NCBI GenBank assembly: GCA_040285745.1
Contig: JAUFOR010000008.1
Coordinates: 1,860,001-1,924,000, forward strand
Direction of reading: 5' to 3'
Origin: Barthelona sp. PCE
Taxonomy: Eukaryota
DNA: 64,000 nucleotides
Both the position numbers and the translations under genes were made by a program. The notes under the pieces are model-generated. The model made no database searches. It was not told the origin of the DNA and saw nothing but the letters and a program-made list of their open reading frames with translations. Below, piece after piece: positions 1 through 10,934 of the stretch (the first letter of the stretch is position 1; each line of letters begins with the position of its first letter).

Positions 1-2
1 TC

Positions 3-3000
3 AGTGGTAAAAACGTTAAGAAACAGGAAATGGTTGTCAGTCAAACGTTGATGGAGCTTGAAGAACAGTTGAGCTTCTTAGACAGTGGTTTTTCAGCTTA
101 CATTACCACAATCTCCGCATTGGTGCCTCTTTTGCAGGAATATGTAATCAAAGATAACTCTTCAACATGTTTGATCATGTTGAAAACACTCCACCTAATC
201 CTAGGCGGTAGAATTGAGGATGTAGATTCAACAAATTATAAGGAAGATGTTTCTTTCTTCCAGTATGCACTGGACTTTGAAGAGAGTGATACCGTAAAGA
301 AATCTCCACTCATTATTAACTCAAACCAGTTTTTGTTTAACATGGACATGTTCAAGCATTTTGATGACACTGAATTGACGGAGATATTGAATCTGTCTTC
401 ATCCCCCGCTGTAGGCATCTCTAAGGTGGCTGCTCTTCTTAGTAGCGCAACCCCAATCGCCGAATTTATCAAAAATTTCGGTGTAAGTGTCCACTTCTAC
501 TACAATCATCGAAACGAGGCAGAGCGTCTGAATCACATGGGTGAAGAACGTAATTCTAGTTCAATTGATGAGACTTTGGAGCGAATCAAGGAATTAGAAA
601 AGGAACGTGACGGTATCCGTCGTGTATTCGAGGGTTGTTTGTTCCAACAGCACAATGAGCATGTACAAATACGCCAGTATGAGACAATTATTAAACATAA
701 CAAGAAACTTATTGCTGATATACATAATGTTGAAGAGAAGCTTCGTAATTCATCAATTCTGTTTAAATCCCCCAAGTACCTTTTCCTCGCAATCATGTAC
801 AGTCTCACCATCATGGTCACAACGTCGTGTGTTAACTTACACAAAGCTAAGGATATGATATTCGAGATCCAAGCATTCTTTAAAGATCGATGTGGTGTTG
901 ATTTCACAGATTTTGATCTGGAACGTTTCTGTTTGGAAACGGACTGTATGTTCCACAACCACAGCTTCATCAAGGCACCGCTGGAAGTACAAGAGTATTC
1001 TGTCGACGTCAAGGCTCGTCTCATGGGTGCTGCTGTTCTTTCAAAGTATGCACCAGTTGTTTTGGTTGTTGAGAACCGCAGTGCTTTTGATCAATTTGCA
1101 CGCACTTATGGATCGCTGAGTGTTGAGCGCAATCCTGATACTTTCGATGTAGGTGATCTCAGTACTCAACCCATACTTATAATGAACTTGAGGAGCGAGA
1201 AAGATTTCTATATCATTGATCGTATTCAAAGTATTATAAATAAGGCCAAGGAAGCAGAAGAAGGATTCATTGAATATCTTCAACACGATAAAGTATTCCG
1301 TATATACTCCACACAACGAGTTATATACATTATTCCCAATGGTAATTTTATTCTAAAGCTTCCAAAGTGGCTCAAGTTTTGGACATTCATATTTAAGGAA
1401 AACGAAGAACTGCTTTCTATTCGTTTGCAAACTGATTTGCTTCGATTTGAGAACGGCCCATTCTTACAACAGCTATTGGCCGTTTCACAAACAACTTGCG
1501 ATCGACAAACACGTGTTTACAGACTATATGATGACTATGTTGAATTTATTTCTAATAAGAGTATGGAAATTGAAAATTTCAGACTGATGGAATCTTCAGG
1601 TCGAAAATTCATGCGGGAATTCCTCAATAGAATTGAGCGAACGGAAAAACAATACGAAACAACAAAGAAATCATTGGATCGTATCAATATCTACTTTTTC
1701 CCTTATCATGAATTTTCTGTCAAGATTGCAAAGATGTACACTGTGTTCCAAAAAACAATTCGTCTTTTTGCAAGCTCTGATATCATTCCTTCAATTGATC
1801 TCGCCAGATGGATGAGCTACATTCTTCACATTTCAGAGCCTGGTCCTGTCGCTTCAGAGAGCCGTATCAATTCACTCATTACAGGATCAAAAACTTTCCT
1901 TGAATTCCTAGTTGATCTTCTACCCTCTGAAACTCTCATGTTTGCTGGTTTATTTGTTATCATTCGCTTCCTTGCGTACGAGCTTTGTGCTGAAAAGATG
2001 AACACATACCTTCGAGTTCTTTTCATCGAATGGAAAGGTGTAGATATTTCATCCTTAACACCTGCTCTGCAGGGAGTTGTTCCGGATATCATCGGTCTCA
2101 AATTAAGGTATATGTTTGATAAATTTGGTTTCATGCACCGACTTGAGAAGCAGATTATGGAACTTGAAGAAGAAGTATTCGAACAATGGTTTGAAGCTGC
2201 TGATATGTCCAAGCTATCAAACTTAGACAAGTGCCCTATCGAATTTGAAGACGGTTTCGAAAAGCTAATTTTCTGTATTACCTTCTTTGAACATCGTCTC
2301 TCTCTTAGAAGTGATGCTTATGTTGCTGACTTTTTCGACAGTATCATCACTGTAATTTTCAAGGAAGTTACCAACCATGATATGATATGCAATCATGTGC
2401 GAGCTCTCTCAAGCCGTTTGGAAATGCTTGACACTGGCATTCTCGGTCATGTGTTCTGGATATTCCACTCTTTCAATGCAAATCCACTTCAACTCATTCA
2501 GTCTCTCTTGAACAACAGAAAACATCCACCACCAATTGAAATGATTGGTATCGAGTCAGTTGAGAACAAATTGCTGAGTAATTACAAGGACGATACGTAT
2601 GTTTTAGTCTTTGCTTCCAAGGTTGATAAAGCTGCTTTTAAGTGTATCAACGAGTCGGTCAAACACTTCCCTACACTCAAATTTGTAATCCTCTGTCCTG
2701 ATGAACTCTTCAGCAAGGCGGTTCCCAACATGCAAGCCAGCCTTTACATCTTTTACTACAGACAGCCGAGTTGTGCAACTGTGTTACCTGACGTCCTGCG
2801 CACGCTTGATTGGTCTATTGTTCCGGTTGTCGATCGCCTCAAGATGAACATCTTCACGCGTCTGAGATCGTGCTTGTGCTACTGTCTTTCCATATTACTT
2901 TTAAGGTATCCTAAGAGTCTGATATTCACAACAACACATATCAACGATCTTCTTGAACTCGCATCATCATTGTTCCAGAGATTCCCAACAGAAAACGAAC

Positions 3001-4160
3001 GTATAGATCTGAATCATCTTAAGAAAATCATCACAGACAGTTTACTTATCAGTATGCCGTATGAAAGTTGGATCGCATCACTTGTTTCCCACAGTGTTGA
3101 CATTGCATTCGCCAAGGATATCGATGAGTTCGTTCCTAAATATTCGATCAACTTTGATAAAACGATCCCTGATCTTCCATTAGTTGACACTTACGAGTTC
3201 CTCGATTTGATTCCCAAGATGAGATTCCAAGCGCGCACTTCAGCTGCAACCAAACATGGTATCGATTTGCGCTCCATGCGTATTTTACTGTGTACTTTTT
3301 CAAAGCACTCAGTATTCCTACCGAGTGTTAAGCTCAACGAGTTCTCTGTGAAGAATCTTCAGACAAGTGTGCAATATTACCACGCATTGAAAGATTTAGT
3401 GCCTAAACCTATTAACGTTGCACAACTGTTTAATACTGTTAAAATCAAGTTCAATGGTTTCAATACTGTATCTTATCAATGGTTTTGGGAAAATATTGAG
3501 CTAAACTGGTGTCTGGGAGCTCTCCATCGTTGGTGCGATAAAATCCTCGCTTCCAATGGCGCTATTATGTTCGATGAGCTTTCAGTTCCATTACTGTTGA
3601 TGAGAACCCCACAGCGTTTCGTGCGTATGTTCGACATCCTTCGTGGCGTCCCTAATATTAGTCTTGCAGGCTTCCTTAATGTTCTCATTGCACGTGTTGA
3701 ATATCTTTCATCACTCACCGCTGAAGACATGGTATTTGACTTCTCATTACTTCGTGATCCAGCACGCATTCTAGCTGCCTTACGTCTACAACTCCCTAGC
3801 CCCTTGGAACAGGATATCCATATCAACGCTGACATAAAAGCATCAAGTGACATGCTTCCTAAGATTCAGGGGCTCTCTATATCCAAGGGTGTCAAATATT
3901 CGGATAAAAGTTTCCAACCTTCTTCAACTGGTTTACTTCATTCAATCCCTGGTCTAGCACTAAATGTGAAGAAACTCTCTGCTGAGCGTGAACGAGGAAA
4001 CGTCGGTCTGACAATTACCAGAGGTCGTTCACGCTTTGGCAACATCAATTTTTCCAACCCAACAAACGGCTTGTCAACGCACATCTCAAACCTGTCATGT
4101 ACAGTGTCATGTGATAGTTTTGAACTTGATGATTATTTGGACATTGTGCGCAAATTCTAA
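3..4160 (+). CDS. Highly divergent dynein heavy chain-like protein, C-terminal part (stalk/AAA5-AAA6/C-terminal region); 5'-partial
   Basis: Frame is open from the window start. Degenerate dynein-HC motifs occur in the expected order: APVVLVVE..FDQF (cf. WPLxIDPQ), QPILIMNL, LQTDLLRFENGPF (cf. LEDQLL..E.P.L), FEKLIFCITFFEHRL, FDFSLLRDPARILAALRL (cf. WLSGFFNPQSFLTA). Confidence 0.55.
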   Translation, partial: SGKNVKKQEMVVSQTLMELEEQLSFLDSGFSAYITTISALVPLLQEYVIKDNSSTCLIMLKTLHLILGGRIEDVDSTNYKEDVSFFQYALDFEESDTVKKSPLIINSNQFLFNMDMFKHFDDTELTEILNLSSSPAVGISKVAALLSSATPIAEFIKNFGVSVHFYYNHRNEAERLNHMGEERNSSSIDETLERIKELEKERDGIRRVFEGCLFQQHNEHVQIRQYETIIKHNKKLIADIHNVEEKLRNSSILFKSPKYLFLAIMYSLTIMVTTSCVNLHKAKDMIFEIQAFFKDRCGVDFTDFDLERFCLETDCMFHNHSFIKAPLEVQEYSVDVKARLMGAAVLSKYAPVVLVVENRSAFDQFARTYGSLSVERNPDTFDVGDLSTQPILIMNLRSEKDFYIIDRIQSIINKAKEAEEGFIEYLQHDKVFRIYSTQRVIYIIPNGNFILKLPKWLKFWTFIFKENEELLSIRLQTDLLRFENGPFLQQLLAVSQTTCDRQTRVYRLYDDYVEFISNKSMEIENFRLMESSGRKFMREFLNRIERTEKQYETTKKSLDRINIYFFPYHEFSVKIAKMYTVFQKTIRLFASSDIIPSIDLARWMSYILHISEPGPVASESRINSLITGSKTFLEFLVDLLPSETLMFAGLFVIIRFLAYELCAEKMNTYLRVLFIEWKGVDISSLTPALQGVVPDIIGLKLRYMFDKFGFMHRLEKQIMELEEEVFEQWFEAADMSKLSNLDKCPIEFEDGFEKLIFCITFFEHRLSLRSDAYVADFFDSIITVIFKEVTNHDMICNHVRALSSRLEMLDTGILGHVFWIFHSFNANPLQLIQSLLNNRKHPPPIEMIGIESVENKLLSNYKDDTYVLVFASKVDKAAFKCINESVKHFPTLKFVILCPDELFSKAVPNMQASLYIFYYRQPSCATVLPDVLRTLDWSIVPVVDRLKMNIFTRLRSCLCYCLSILLLRYPKSLIFTTTHINDLLELASSLFQRFPTENERIDLNHLKKIITDSLLISMPYESWIASLVSHSVDIAFAKDIDEFVPKYSINFDKTIPDLPLVDTYEFLDLIPKMRFQARTSAATKHGIDLRSMRILLCTFSKHSVFLPSVKLNEFSVKNLQTSVQYYHALKDLVPKPINVAQLFNTVKIKFNGFNTVSYQWFWENIELNWCLGALHRWCDKILASNGAIMFDELSVPLLLMRTPQRFVRMFDILRGVPNISLAGFLNVLIARVEYLSSLTAEDMVFDFSLLRDPARILAALRLQLPSPLEQDIHINADIKASSDMLPKIQGLSISKGVKYSDKSFQPSSTGLLHSIPGLALNVKKLSAERERGNVGLTITRGRSRFGNINFSNPTNGLSTHISNLSCTVSCDSFELDDYLDIVRKF

Positions 4161-5143
4161 CCAAAGAAACTATCAAGCGTTCGACTCTTTTGTTTCTTCT
4201 TTTTCGATTTCGATTTAGTTGTTTTTGCAACAGTTCGCTGTTTCTTAACAACTGGTTTTTGTGCTGCTTTCTTCGGCACTGGAATGTTTGTCTGATCAGG
4301 ATGCAATTGTAATTCTTCTTCGCTTCGGAAGAAACCATCCTTATCTATCGCTTCCTTCATTGTTTTAAGCCATCTCTTACCATCCTTGTAAACAATATTC
4401 TTATCATGTTTCTTAGGTTTCTCGATCACAGGAAGCATTGCCATTACACTGTGCTCTTGCTTAACTTCCTTCACAATTTCTTCCTTTTTAACATCTTTAA
4501 GAAATGCAAAGTCATCATCATCATCAGAATCATCAAAAACTATCTGTTTCTTGGTGCTCACGCTGGTTGGGGGTGCATTTGATGGTAGTACATCATCTGT
4601 AAACGCAAGGGGGTCTGCAACGTCAAGTTTCTGTTTCTTAATTTCAGGCTCGGTTTTGGATATATCCGACCTATGAGTGATGAGATTTTTGCGCTTTTCA
4701 GCCGTCCTTGCTGAGTTAGTAGTTCCACCATGCATTGACATAGGAGATTTTTTAGGCTTTCGCTTCTTTTTCTTTGCACTTTTTGTATTCACACGGCCAA
4801 CTACCGTCTCTGCGATTTTAACACGTTCAACAAAGTGTCCTGTACATCTAGAACGCCAGGATCCCATTGTGGCTAGAAATTCTGAACCAGCCAAATTGTG
4901 CATATCTTTGATATCATTGTTGTAAATAGTTACAATGTCACTGTCAGATTCTGTAGTCGTGAATCCAACCAGTGGAAAATCTGATAATCTGGTGAGAGTG
5001 ATGGAAATCTGACTTTCGTTTTCTTCAGTACCTAAATAGACGTTGTGCCCCTGTGAGCCGCTGTTAACCTTCTCTGTCTTCTGGAGATGTGTTAAAGAGG
5101 TCATTCTGAATGATATGAGTGAGGAATCTGTTAGCAAGTTCAA
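4157..5143 (-). CDS. POLD3: DNA polymerase delta subunit 3 (Cdc27/p66)-like; true 5' end unresolved (first in-frame ATG 5104; homology continues upstream in other frames)
   Basis: C-terminal PIP box QKSRTLDSFF; DKDGFFRSEEE motif (cf. DEEGxxVT); NSGSQGHNVYL resembles human NSGAQLHVTYL; Lys-rich disordered middle. Confidence 0.75.
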   Translation of the reverse strand: MNLLTDSSLISFRMTSLTHLQKTEKVNSGSQGHNVYLGTEENESQISITLTRLSDFPLVGFTTTESDSDIVTIYNNDIKDMHNLAGSEFLATMGSWRSRCTGHFVERVKIAETVVGRVNTKSAKKKKRKPKKSPMSMHGGTTNSARTAEKRKNLITHRSDISKTEPEIKKQKLDVADPLAFTDDVLPSNAPPTSVSTKKQIVFDDSDDDDDFAFLKDVKKEEIVKEVKQEHSVMAMLPVIEKPKKHDKNIVYKDGKRWLKTMKEAIDKDGFFRSEEELQLHPDQTNIPVPKKAAQKPVVKKQRTVAKTTKSKSKKKKQKSRTLDSFFG

Positions 5144-5751
5144 TATCGAAACCTCCGGAATATCATAGAAAATGGTAGTTTATACAATTTTATACTCGTC
5201 TTTGAGATAAATTTGTTATTAAGCGAGTTATGCAGGAAATTTGTGTAATAATTGAGCATTTTATCAGAATATGTATCTTTTATGACTAAAACTGGGTGTA
5301 ACTATATTTAAAGCGACAATTTTGTTGTTTAATAAACGGCAATAGCTTATTTATGTGTTGAAATTCTATAATTAACATCATACCAATTAAACTTGTGTAT
5401 CACATACATTTTTGTGGAATTATACACCATGAATCTTACAGAAACCGAGTAATTATGCTTTTATAAAGGGTATAAGGGATTAAAACCGTTCTCAATAATT
5501 ACTGGTGTTTCTGCACCTTTCCGCTGCACACAACGCGATAATCTTCTTTCAAACCATCTAATCCAATTGGATAATAGTAAACATGTAACATCATCGCTGA
5601 ACAATTGCCTACATAAAAAACTTTCATTTTAGCTGAATTCCATGAAATAAACCTATTCAACGTACGCCTGTCTCAATTTTTTCGAACTACATAAGTTATG
5701 CAGATATGTAACTGCTCCCAAAACCGTTTTTTATTTATAACCCTTTTCTCG

Positions 5752-6870
5752 ATGCACTTATTCCCTTTTTCTATTTTTAAATCGAAATCGGTTAACATAG
5801 CCAGATTCTTCAAGAATATTGATGCTGATTTTATCCCTGTGATCGATGAAGTAAGTCTTATCAGAAACAATCTTGTAGCGTATCTCGAAGACAATTCTCC
5901 CCCTGAAATCTGTGCGGCTTCTTATGAGGCGTACCTTCCACACATGTTTGCCCTGACTCACGCATTAGAAGTCCAAGGATCTGCAATTAAACGTCGCTAT
6001 GCTTTTAGTACAAAATGGTCATCCCTCATTGCTCCAAACTCAAAGTTAATTGATACAGCAGGTATTTATTACGAAGCAACATTCATTCTGCTTGGTTACG
6101 CCACCACCTTGTCAAACGTTACTTTCTCAGCACTCACTGAAGCTACATCTGAGACGATTGGCACCATCTTCAGCGATGGTGTGAAGAACCTACGCAAGGC
6201 AGCAGGCATTGCAGATTTTGTTTCAAAAAGTGTTGCTCCCCACATTGGCCCTCTCGAACGCAATCATCATCCTGAGGTCCTTCCAGAATTCGCTGCAATG
6301 CTAAGTGAGCTTCTAATTGCAGAGGCTAACGGTATTGCACTAGAAAAACTTCTTCTTGATGGCAAGTTGAAAGGGATGCCCGCAGCACGTATCTGTCTTG
6401 ATATCAAAGAATCAATGGAGAAATGTATGGGTATACTCGACGAAATGGTGAACGAACACGAAAAGTTTAACGAGGAACTCCCTAGACACTTTGATGAGGT
6501 ACGTCATTTTTACAGTGCTCGTGCATGTCGTTTCATTGCTGAACAGAAGAATTCAGATGAAATGGTTGGTGAAGCCATTGCTTATCTCTATAAAGGACAG
6601 CTTTACCTTCACAATATCAAAAATTCAGTGGGTCAATACAAGTATAAATTCATCAATGCAGACAACAACGTATTTTTGAATGGTCTTAAATCTGAGAGAA
6701 CATCTATTGACCAACTGATGTTTGATTATAAGAATCAGAATGACATTTGTGAAAGGCAAGTTATTCCAGAGGCCGATGATTTACCTTTTCCAGCTTCAGA
6801 ACGATTCTTGGAGCTTACTGAATTCAATTTACCCAACCCCATATTCGACGAGATCGTTTTAAAGGAGTAA
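5752..6870 (+). CDS. BRO1-domain protein (BROX-like)
   Basis: YEATFILLGYA, LRKAAGIADFV, VGEAIAYL, KNQNDICERQVIP match the BRO1 pattern. Size about 370 aa. ATG 5752 is preferred over 5698. Confidence 0.75.
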   Translation: MHLFPFSIFKSKSVNIARFFKNIDADFIPVIDEVSLIRNNLVAYLEDNSPPEICAASYEAYLPHMFALTHALEVQGSAIKRRYAFSTKWSSLIAPNSKLIDTAGIYYEATFILLGYATTLSNVTFSALTEATSETIGTIFSDGVKNLRKAAGIADFVSKSVAPHIGPLERNHHPEVLPEFAAMLSELLIAEANGIALEKLLLDGKLKGMPAARICLDIKESMEKCMGILDEMVNEHEKFNEELPRHFDEVRHFYSARACRFIAEQKNSDEMVGEAIAYLYKGQLYLHNIKNSVGQYKYKFINADNNVFLNGLKSERTSIDQLMFDYKNQNDICERQVIPEADDLPFPASERFLELTEFNLPNPIFDEIVLKE

Positions 6871-6977
6871 TCCAATGTTAATAGTATTGTAAATACCATT
6901 TTTGATGAATGTTTTGTTTTTTAATCTTTATCCTTAAATAGCTTTTATTTTTTTATAAAGGGGGTCAAAATACAACA

Positions 6978-8846
6978 ATGGAGCCGGTTGAAGGAGAAAT
7001 TATTCCTTCAAAGATTGAACAAAGGGGATCCACATTTTCCACTGTTGATTCCGATGAAACATGCTCAGAACAAACAGAAATGCAGCCTATCGAAGAAGTC
7101 GTGCCTGATAAGTTCGCTAAGATGACCAAAAAACAACAAAATGCTCGCCGTATGTTGGAGAAACGTACAATGGCAGATGTTGAAAAGCAACAGAAAGCCG
7201 CTGAGAAGGCTCGTATCAAGCTTGAGAAGGCAGAAACTAAGCAACTCGAAGCATGGGAGAAGTTAAATGAACGTATGAGAAAACGCCAGATAAAAGCTGA
7301 AAATCGCACTGCTGTTGACATGAAGAAGCTAGATCATGATGCAGACGTGTTATTCGAGAAGGAAAAGGCTAAAATGGAGCGCAAAAAACTTGCTGCTGAG
7401 AAGAAGAAGCTCAAAGAGGCTCAAGATCGAAAGAAAAAGGCGCAGGAGCGCAAAGAGAAGAAGAAACTCAAGAAACAGCGTGACATTATGTCCAGTTTCT
7501 TTTCGAAACCTGTAAGAGAAAAGAAAAAGGAGAAGAAGCCGGTGCAAAAAACAGCGGCTGTTCTTACTGATTTTTATCCTATGAATGACCTTGAGCGGAA
7601 AAACGTGACGTCTCCAGATGTGACTGAGGAGAGAAAGATCCACAAAAAAAGTGTTCTGGGATCAGTCCGATCACGACTGATTATTCCAAATACTACAACT
7701 TACATCAAGCCTTTTCCCACAAGGGAGATGCAAACCATTGGTGAACAGACATTTTTGGATGAGTTCAAAACTTATGCTGACTGTGATGATATTTTACATC
7801 AAGATATGCTCTCGAGTATGGTCAATCATTTTAAAAAGTCCTTGTCACAGCGGTCTGCCAAGAGAAGGAAGTTTACTGATGCAAACCAACCACGATCGTT
7901 TGTTTATTTGTCATTTTTTGAAAATAAGAAGCCTCCTAAACTTGCAAACGTTGCTCAGATTAGAACAACTCAGTTTGTCCATGCACGTAAACCACTAGGC
8001 CGTGACCCATCGCTGGAATACGACTACGACTCAGGTATGGAATCGGAAGATATTGACGTCATCAGTGACGAAGATGAATTCGCAGGAATGTCGGATGGAG
8101 AACGACAAGCGCTACTGGCTGAAGAAGAGCAAGAAAAGGTTGAAGGTGAGAAGTTCATTGTTGAAGGCGAACATCTGAGCGAAGGTGAGGGTTCAGAGGA
8201 TGACTTCCGTGCAGGTATGATCAATTTTGATAAAGAAGATCCGATTAAGGCGGGTGAGCTCGTTTATCCTGTCGGAATTAACCCGTTACCACGTCTGAAT
8301 AGTATCCAGAGTGTATGTGGGTATTGTGAGGAAGTATACAACATTAAATCCAGTACCATCAATGAAAACGATAGCGACGATGATGATGATGATGATGATT
8401 TGATGACTGGCAAAGCGCGTGCAGAGCAGACACGGAAGAACGATGTTGCTGTTGCAAAATTCGGGCGTTTATTTGGTGACATGCTAAAGAGGAATGTTAC
8501 AATAATTGAATCAATCAATGTTGATCAATTCAAGACCAACAAAACATACGCTAGAAAACGACTCAACACTTCAACTATGGACAAAGCTGATATTCGAGCG
8601 TTTGTTGAATACACACACAAGGCTAAAGCAAAGAACGTACAAAAACACGTTGCAGCATTCCATACTGAGTACTACGCTGGAGCGTCAAAGAAATATCCAA
8701 AACTATGGTTCTCAAAAATCCTTAAACAACACGCAAACAAAAGTTCTGGATACTTTGTTTTTGATGATAATTTCGTAGAATCCATTCAAGGAGAAGATGC
8801 GCAAAAGAATGATGAGAGTGAAAAGAAGGAGCAAGAGTTAGAATGA
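6978..8846 (+). CDS. CHAF1A: Chromatin assembly factor 1 subunit A (p150/Cac1)
   Basis: K/E/R coiled coil, PIP-like QRDIMSSFF, LSFFENKKPP...RKPLGRDPSLEYDYDSG, HLSEGEG acidic domain. Confidence 0.85.
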   Translation: MEPVEGEIIPSKIEQRGSTFSTVDSDETCSEQTEMQPIEEVVPDKFAKMTKKQQNARRMLEKRTMADVEKQQKAAEKARIKLEKAETKQLEAWEKLNERMRKRQIKAENRTAVDMKKLDHDADVLFEKEKAKMERKKLAAEKKKLKEAQDRKKKAQERKEKKKLKKQRDIMSSFFSKPVREKKKEKKPVQKTAAVLTDFYPMNDLERKNVTSPDVTEERKIHKKSVLGSVRSRLIIPNTTTYIKPFPTREMQTIGEQTFLDEFKTYADCDDILHQDMLSSMVNHFKKSLSQRSAKRRKFTDANQPRSFVYLSFFENKKPPKLANVAQIRTTQFVHARKPLGRDPSLEYDYDSGMESEDIDVISDEDEFAGMSDGERQALLAEEEQEKVEGEKFIVEGEHLSEGEGSEDDFRAGMINFDKEDPIKAGELVYPVGINPLPRLNSIQSVCGYCEEVYNIKSSTINENDSDDDDDDDDLMTGKARAEQTRKNDVAVAKFGRLFGDMLKRNVTIIESINVDQFKTNKTYARKRLNTSTMDKADIRAFVEYTHKAKAKNVQKHVAAFHTEYYAGASKKYPKLWFSKILKQHANKSSGYFVFDDNFVESIQGEDAQKNDESEKKEQELE

Positions 8847-10934
8847 TGTCTTTGATCCCAAACCTTTTTTGCGACGTCTCGACGATCTTGCTGGTTTTAA
8901 ACCCCCAAACAACGCATCTCTCTCTTTCTTTCGAGCCGGTGCCTCCTCAACGACAATGATGGGCTCATCTTCATCGCTTAAATTAAATTCCTCATCAAGA
9001 TTCGCAAAAATTGAACTGAACTTGTTCTTCTTCTTCTCTAAACGTGTTGCACGTGCTGGACTGGAGGTTGCACTGTTCATCAGCGGCGTATCTTTTTTAA
9101 TCGGTGCAACTGGTGTATGCTTTGGTGTCGTCTTGACACTTCTTTCTGCTTTATCAACTACAACCTTTGACCTTGTCTTTCCAACGTTATTGGACCTGAC
9201 CAGAGGCTTCTTGTTCGTTGTTGGCTTCAATGCAGCAGCTGGTTGCTGTTCTACCTTTGGTTCTTCAACCTCTAAAGTGCTTGGATCAAATTGATCTAAC
9301 TCGTACAATACCGCTATTCTATCATCGGCGCTAAGAGTAAAAATTAACATAGTACTAGGGTTCAGTGCAAATCTCTGAATAAACTCGTTCTTTGGATCAG
9401 GTTTGAAATACTTTAACAATTTTTCTGAATACTTCTTGTCTTGCAATGGGGTGACGGCTTTCAGTTCGTTGTCAACGAATGAAACAACCTGCATCATTCT
9501 TCTGGAAACAGTTGATCGTAACTGCTGGTTTTGATCCAGTAAAAGTTTGGAGAAAGAAGGTATTACAATCTCTGAAAGTAATACAAGCGGCATTTCTGCA
9601 AATTTTTGGAACATTAAAGTCGAGCACAGTGCACGGATCTTATTGTTTCCTGTAGATTCTATAATTTTTGGTAATTTTAAACATATAAAGTCCTGAGTCA
9701 ACTGAGGGTCGATATTATCAATTAATTTCTTGAATGAAACAAGCGTGTTGAGTCGAATAACCACTGAAGAGCGATCGCACAGTGCTCCAAACACTGTGGT
9801 AACAACATAGCTCTTGTTATCCTTTTTTAATTTGGGAAAAATCAATGTTATGATTTTTAAAAGTGCTGTAGCAATAAGGTCATTGTTTTTTAGTGCTGCC
9901 TCAAGAGGTTTCTTAACGAGTTCAGGAAAAACAATCTTGTTCAATTGCGAATCACTGAAACACTTGATGATGTTTGGGAAATAATTAACTTCAAACTTCG
10001 ACAGAACAACCAACAACTCTACAGCATTCTCAATGATATACATAAAGAAGGAACTTACCTCTGGCTTGAAGTCTACAATCATTAACTTCGGTATACAATA
10101 AAGTACCCATTCACATATCTTGACTTTGATTTTAACGCTCAAAGAGCTGTCATTGACGATTTTATCCACCAGAGGCTTGAATATTGCATTGATAACATAC
10201 GTATCAGGAAAAGAAGCAAAAATACTAGACATAAAAACATCGTTTAGCTCCTGAATAAGTTCAGGATGCACATTACCGGCCATAAATTGGCGATAAAGGA
10301 TCACAAACTGAAGGAATTCATTCTTAGCAAACAACGGGAACCTCTCCAACTCTTCGATGGTCGAAAAACTACTACGCATGAACACGTCCAGAAACCGATC
10401 AAACTCAGCGTCCATATTGCTGAAATTTCGTTTGTAAAACTGGACAACACACTCTTTCCATGAAGAACTGCCGCGACGTACGCCTCCCATTATCGAAAGC
10501 GTTTTAAAAAGAGGTACAACAACAACAGTACCATCCATATTAACTCCAACGCTATCTGAAGACAAATAAGGTTCAAAAAGCTCGCTGTACGCACGCAATG
10601 AGGAGAAAATATCGTAAAAACTGAGTAAGATCATATCATCAACAACAAGGAGCATTCTATTGAATTTATCAAATTTTTTCAACACTAGCACATAATTTGT
10701 CTGCTTAGAAAACAACTTAAAAACAACTTTTTCAAAATTGTGCGATTCAAGAATACCATATTCTCGTAGAAATGCATTTCTTTCATCAGCTTCAAGATTG
10801 TTGGTATCAATTTGCATCACTGTGCATGGATTATCATCGAATTTACCCTTGGAATACTTAATCTTACTTGCAAATGGTTGCTTGTCCCAGCTATCAACAC
10901 TAGAAACGCCTAATTTCGAAAGATCGTTTCCCAT
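8838..10934 (-). CDS. SCY1-like pseudokinase with HEAT repeats
   Basis: N-terminal MGN myristoylation-like start, degenerate kinase region, HEAT repeats (IRLNTLVSF, LLLDQNQQLRS), C-terminal KKGLGSK tail. Confidence 0.6.
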   Translation of the reverse strand: MGNDLSKLGVSSVDSWDKQPFASKIKYSKGKFDDNPCTVMQIDTNNLEADERNAFLREYGILESHNFEKVVFKLFSKQTNYVLVLKKFDKFNRMLLVVDDMILLSFYDIFSSLRAYSELFEPYLSSDSVGVNMDGTVVVVPLFKTLSIMGGVRRGSSSWKECVVQFYKRNFSNMDAEFDRFLDVFMRSSFSTIEELERFPLFAKNEFLQFVILYRQFMAGNVHPELIQELNDVFMSSIFASFPDTYVINAIFKPLVDKIVNDSSLSVKIKVKICEWVLYCIPKLMIVDFKPEVSSFFMYIIENAVELLVVLSKFEVNYFPNIIKCFSDSQLNKIVFPELVKKPLEAALKNNDLIATALLKIITLIFPKLKKDNKSYVVTTVFGALCDRSSVVIRLNTLVSFKKLIDNIDPQLTQDFICLKLPKIIESTGNNKIRALCSTLMFQKFAEMPLVLLSEIVIPSFSKLLLDQNQQLRSTVSRRMMQVVSFVDNELKAVTPLQDKKYSEKLLKYFKPDPKNEFIQRFALNPSTMLIFTLSADDRIAVLYELDQFDPSTLEVEEPKVEQQPAAALKPTTNKKPLVRSNNVGKTRSKVVVDKAERSVKTTPKHTPVAPIKKDTPLMNSATSSPARATRLEKKKNKFSSIFANLDEEFNLSDEDEPIIVVEEAPARKKERDALFGGLKPARSSRRRKKGLGSKTSF

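Noticed and set aside
5140-5643. Minus-strand frame from ATG 5643 interrupted only by TAA/TAG until TGA 5140, suggesting a TAR=Gln (hexamitid/ciliate) code
   Set aside because: Conserved genes clearly terminate at TAA/TAG (RPLP0 ..DLFG-TAA, UTP11 ..KRKR-TAA, POLD3 PIP-box-TAG). A TGA-free run of this length is expected occasionally by chance.
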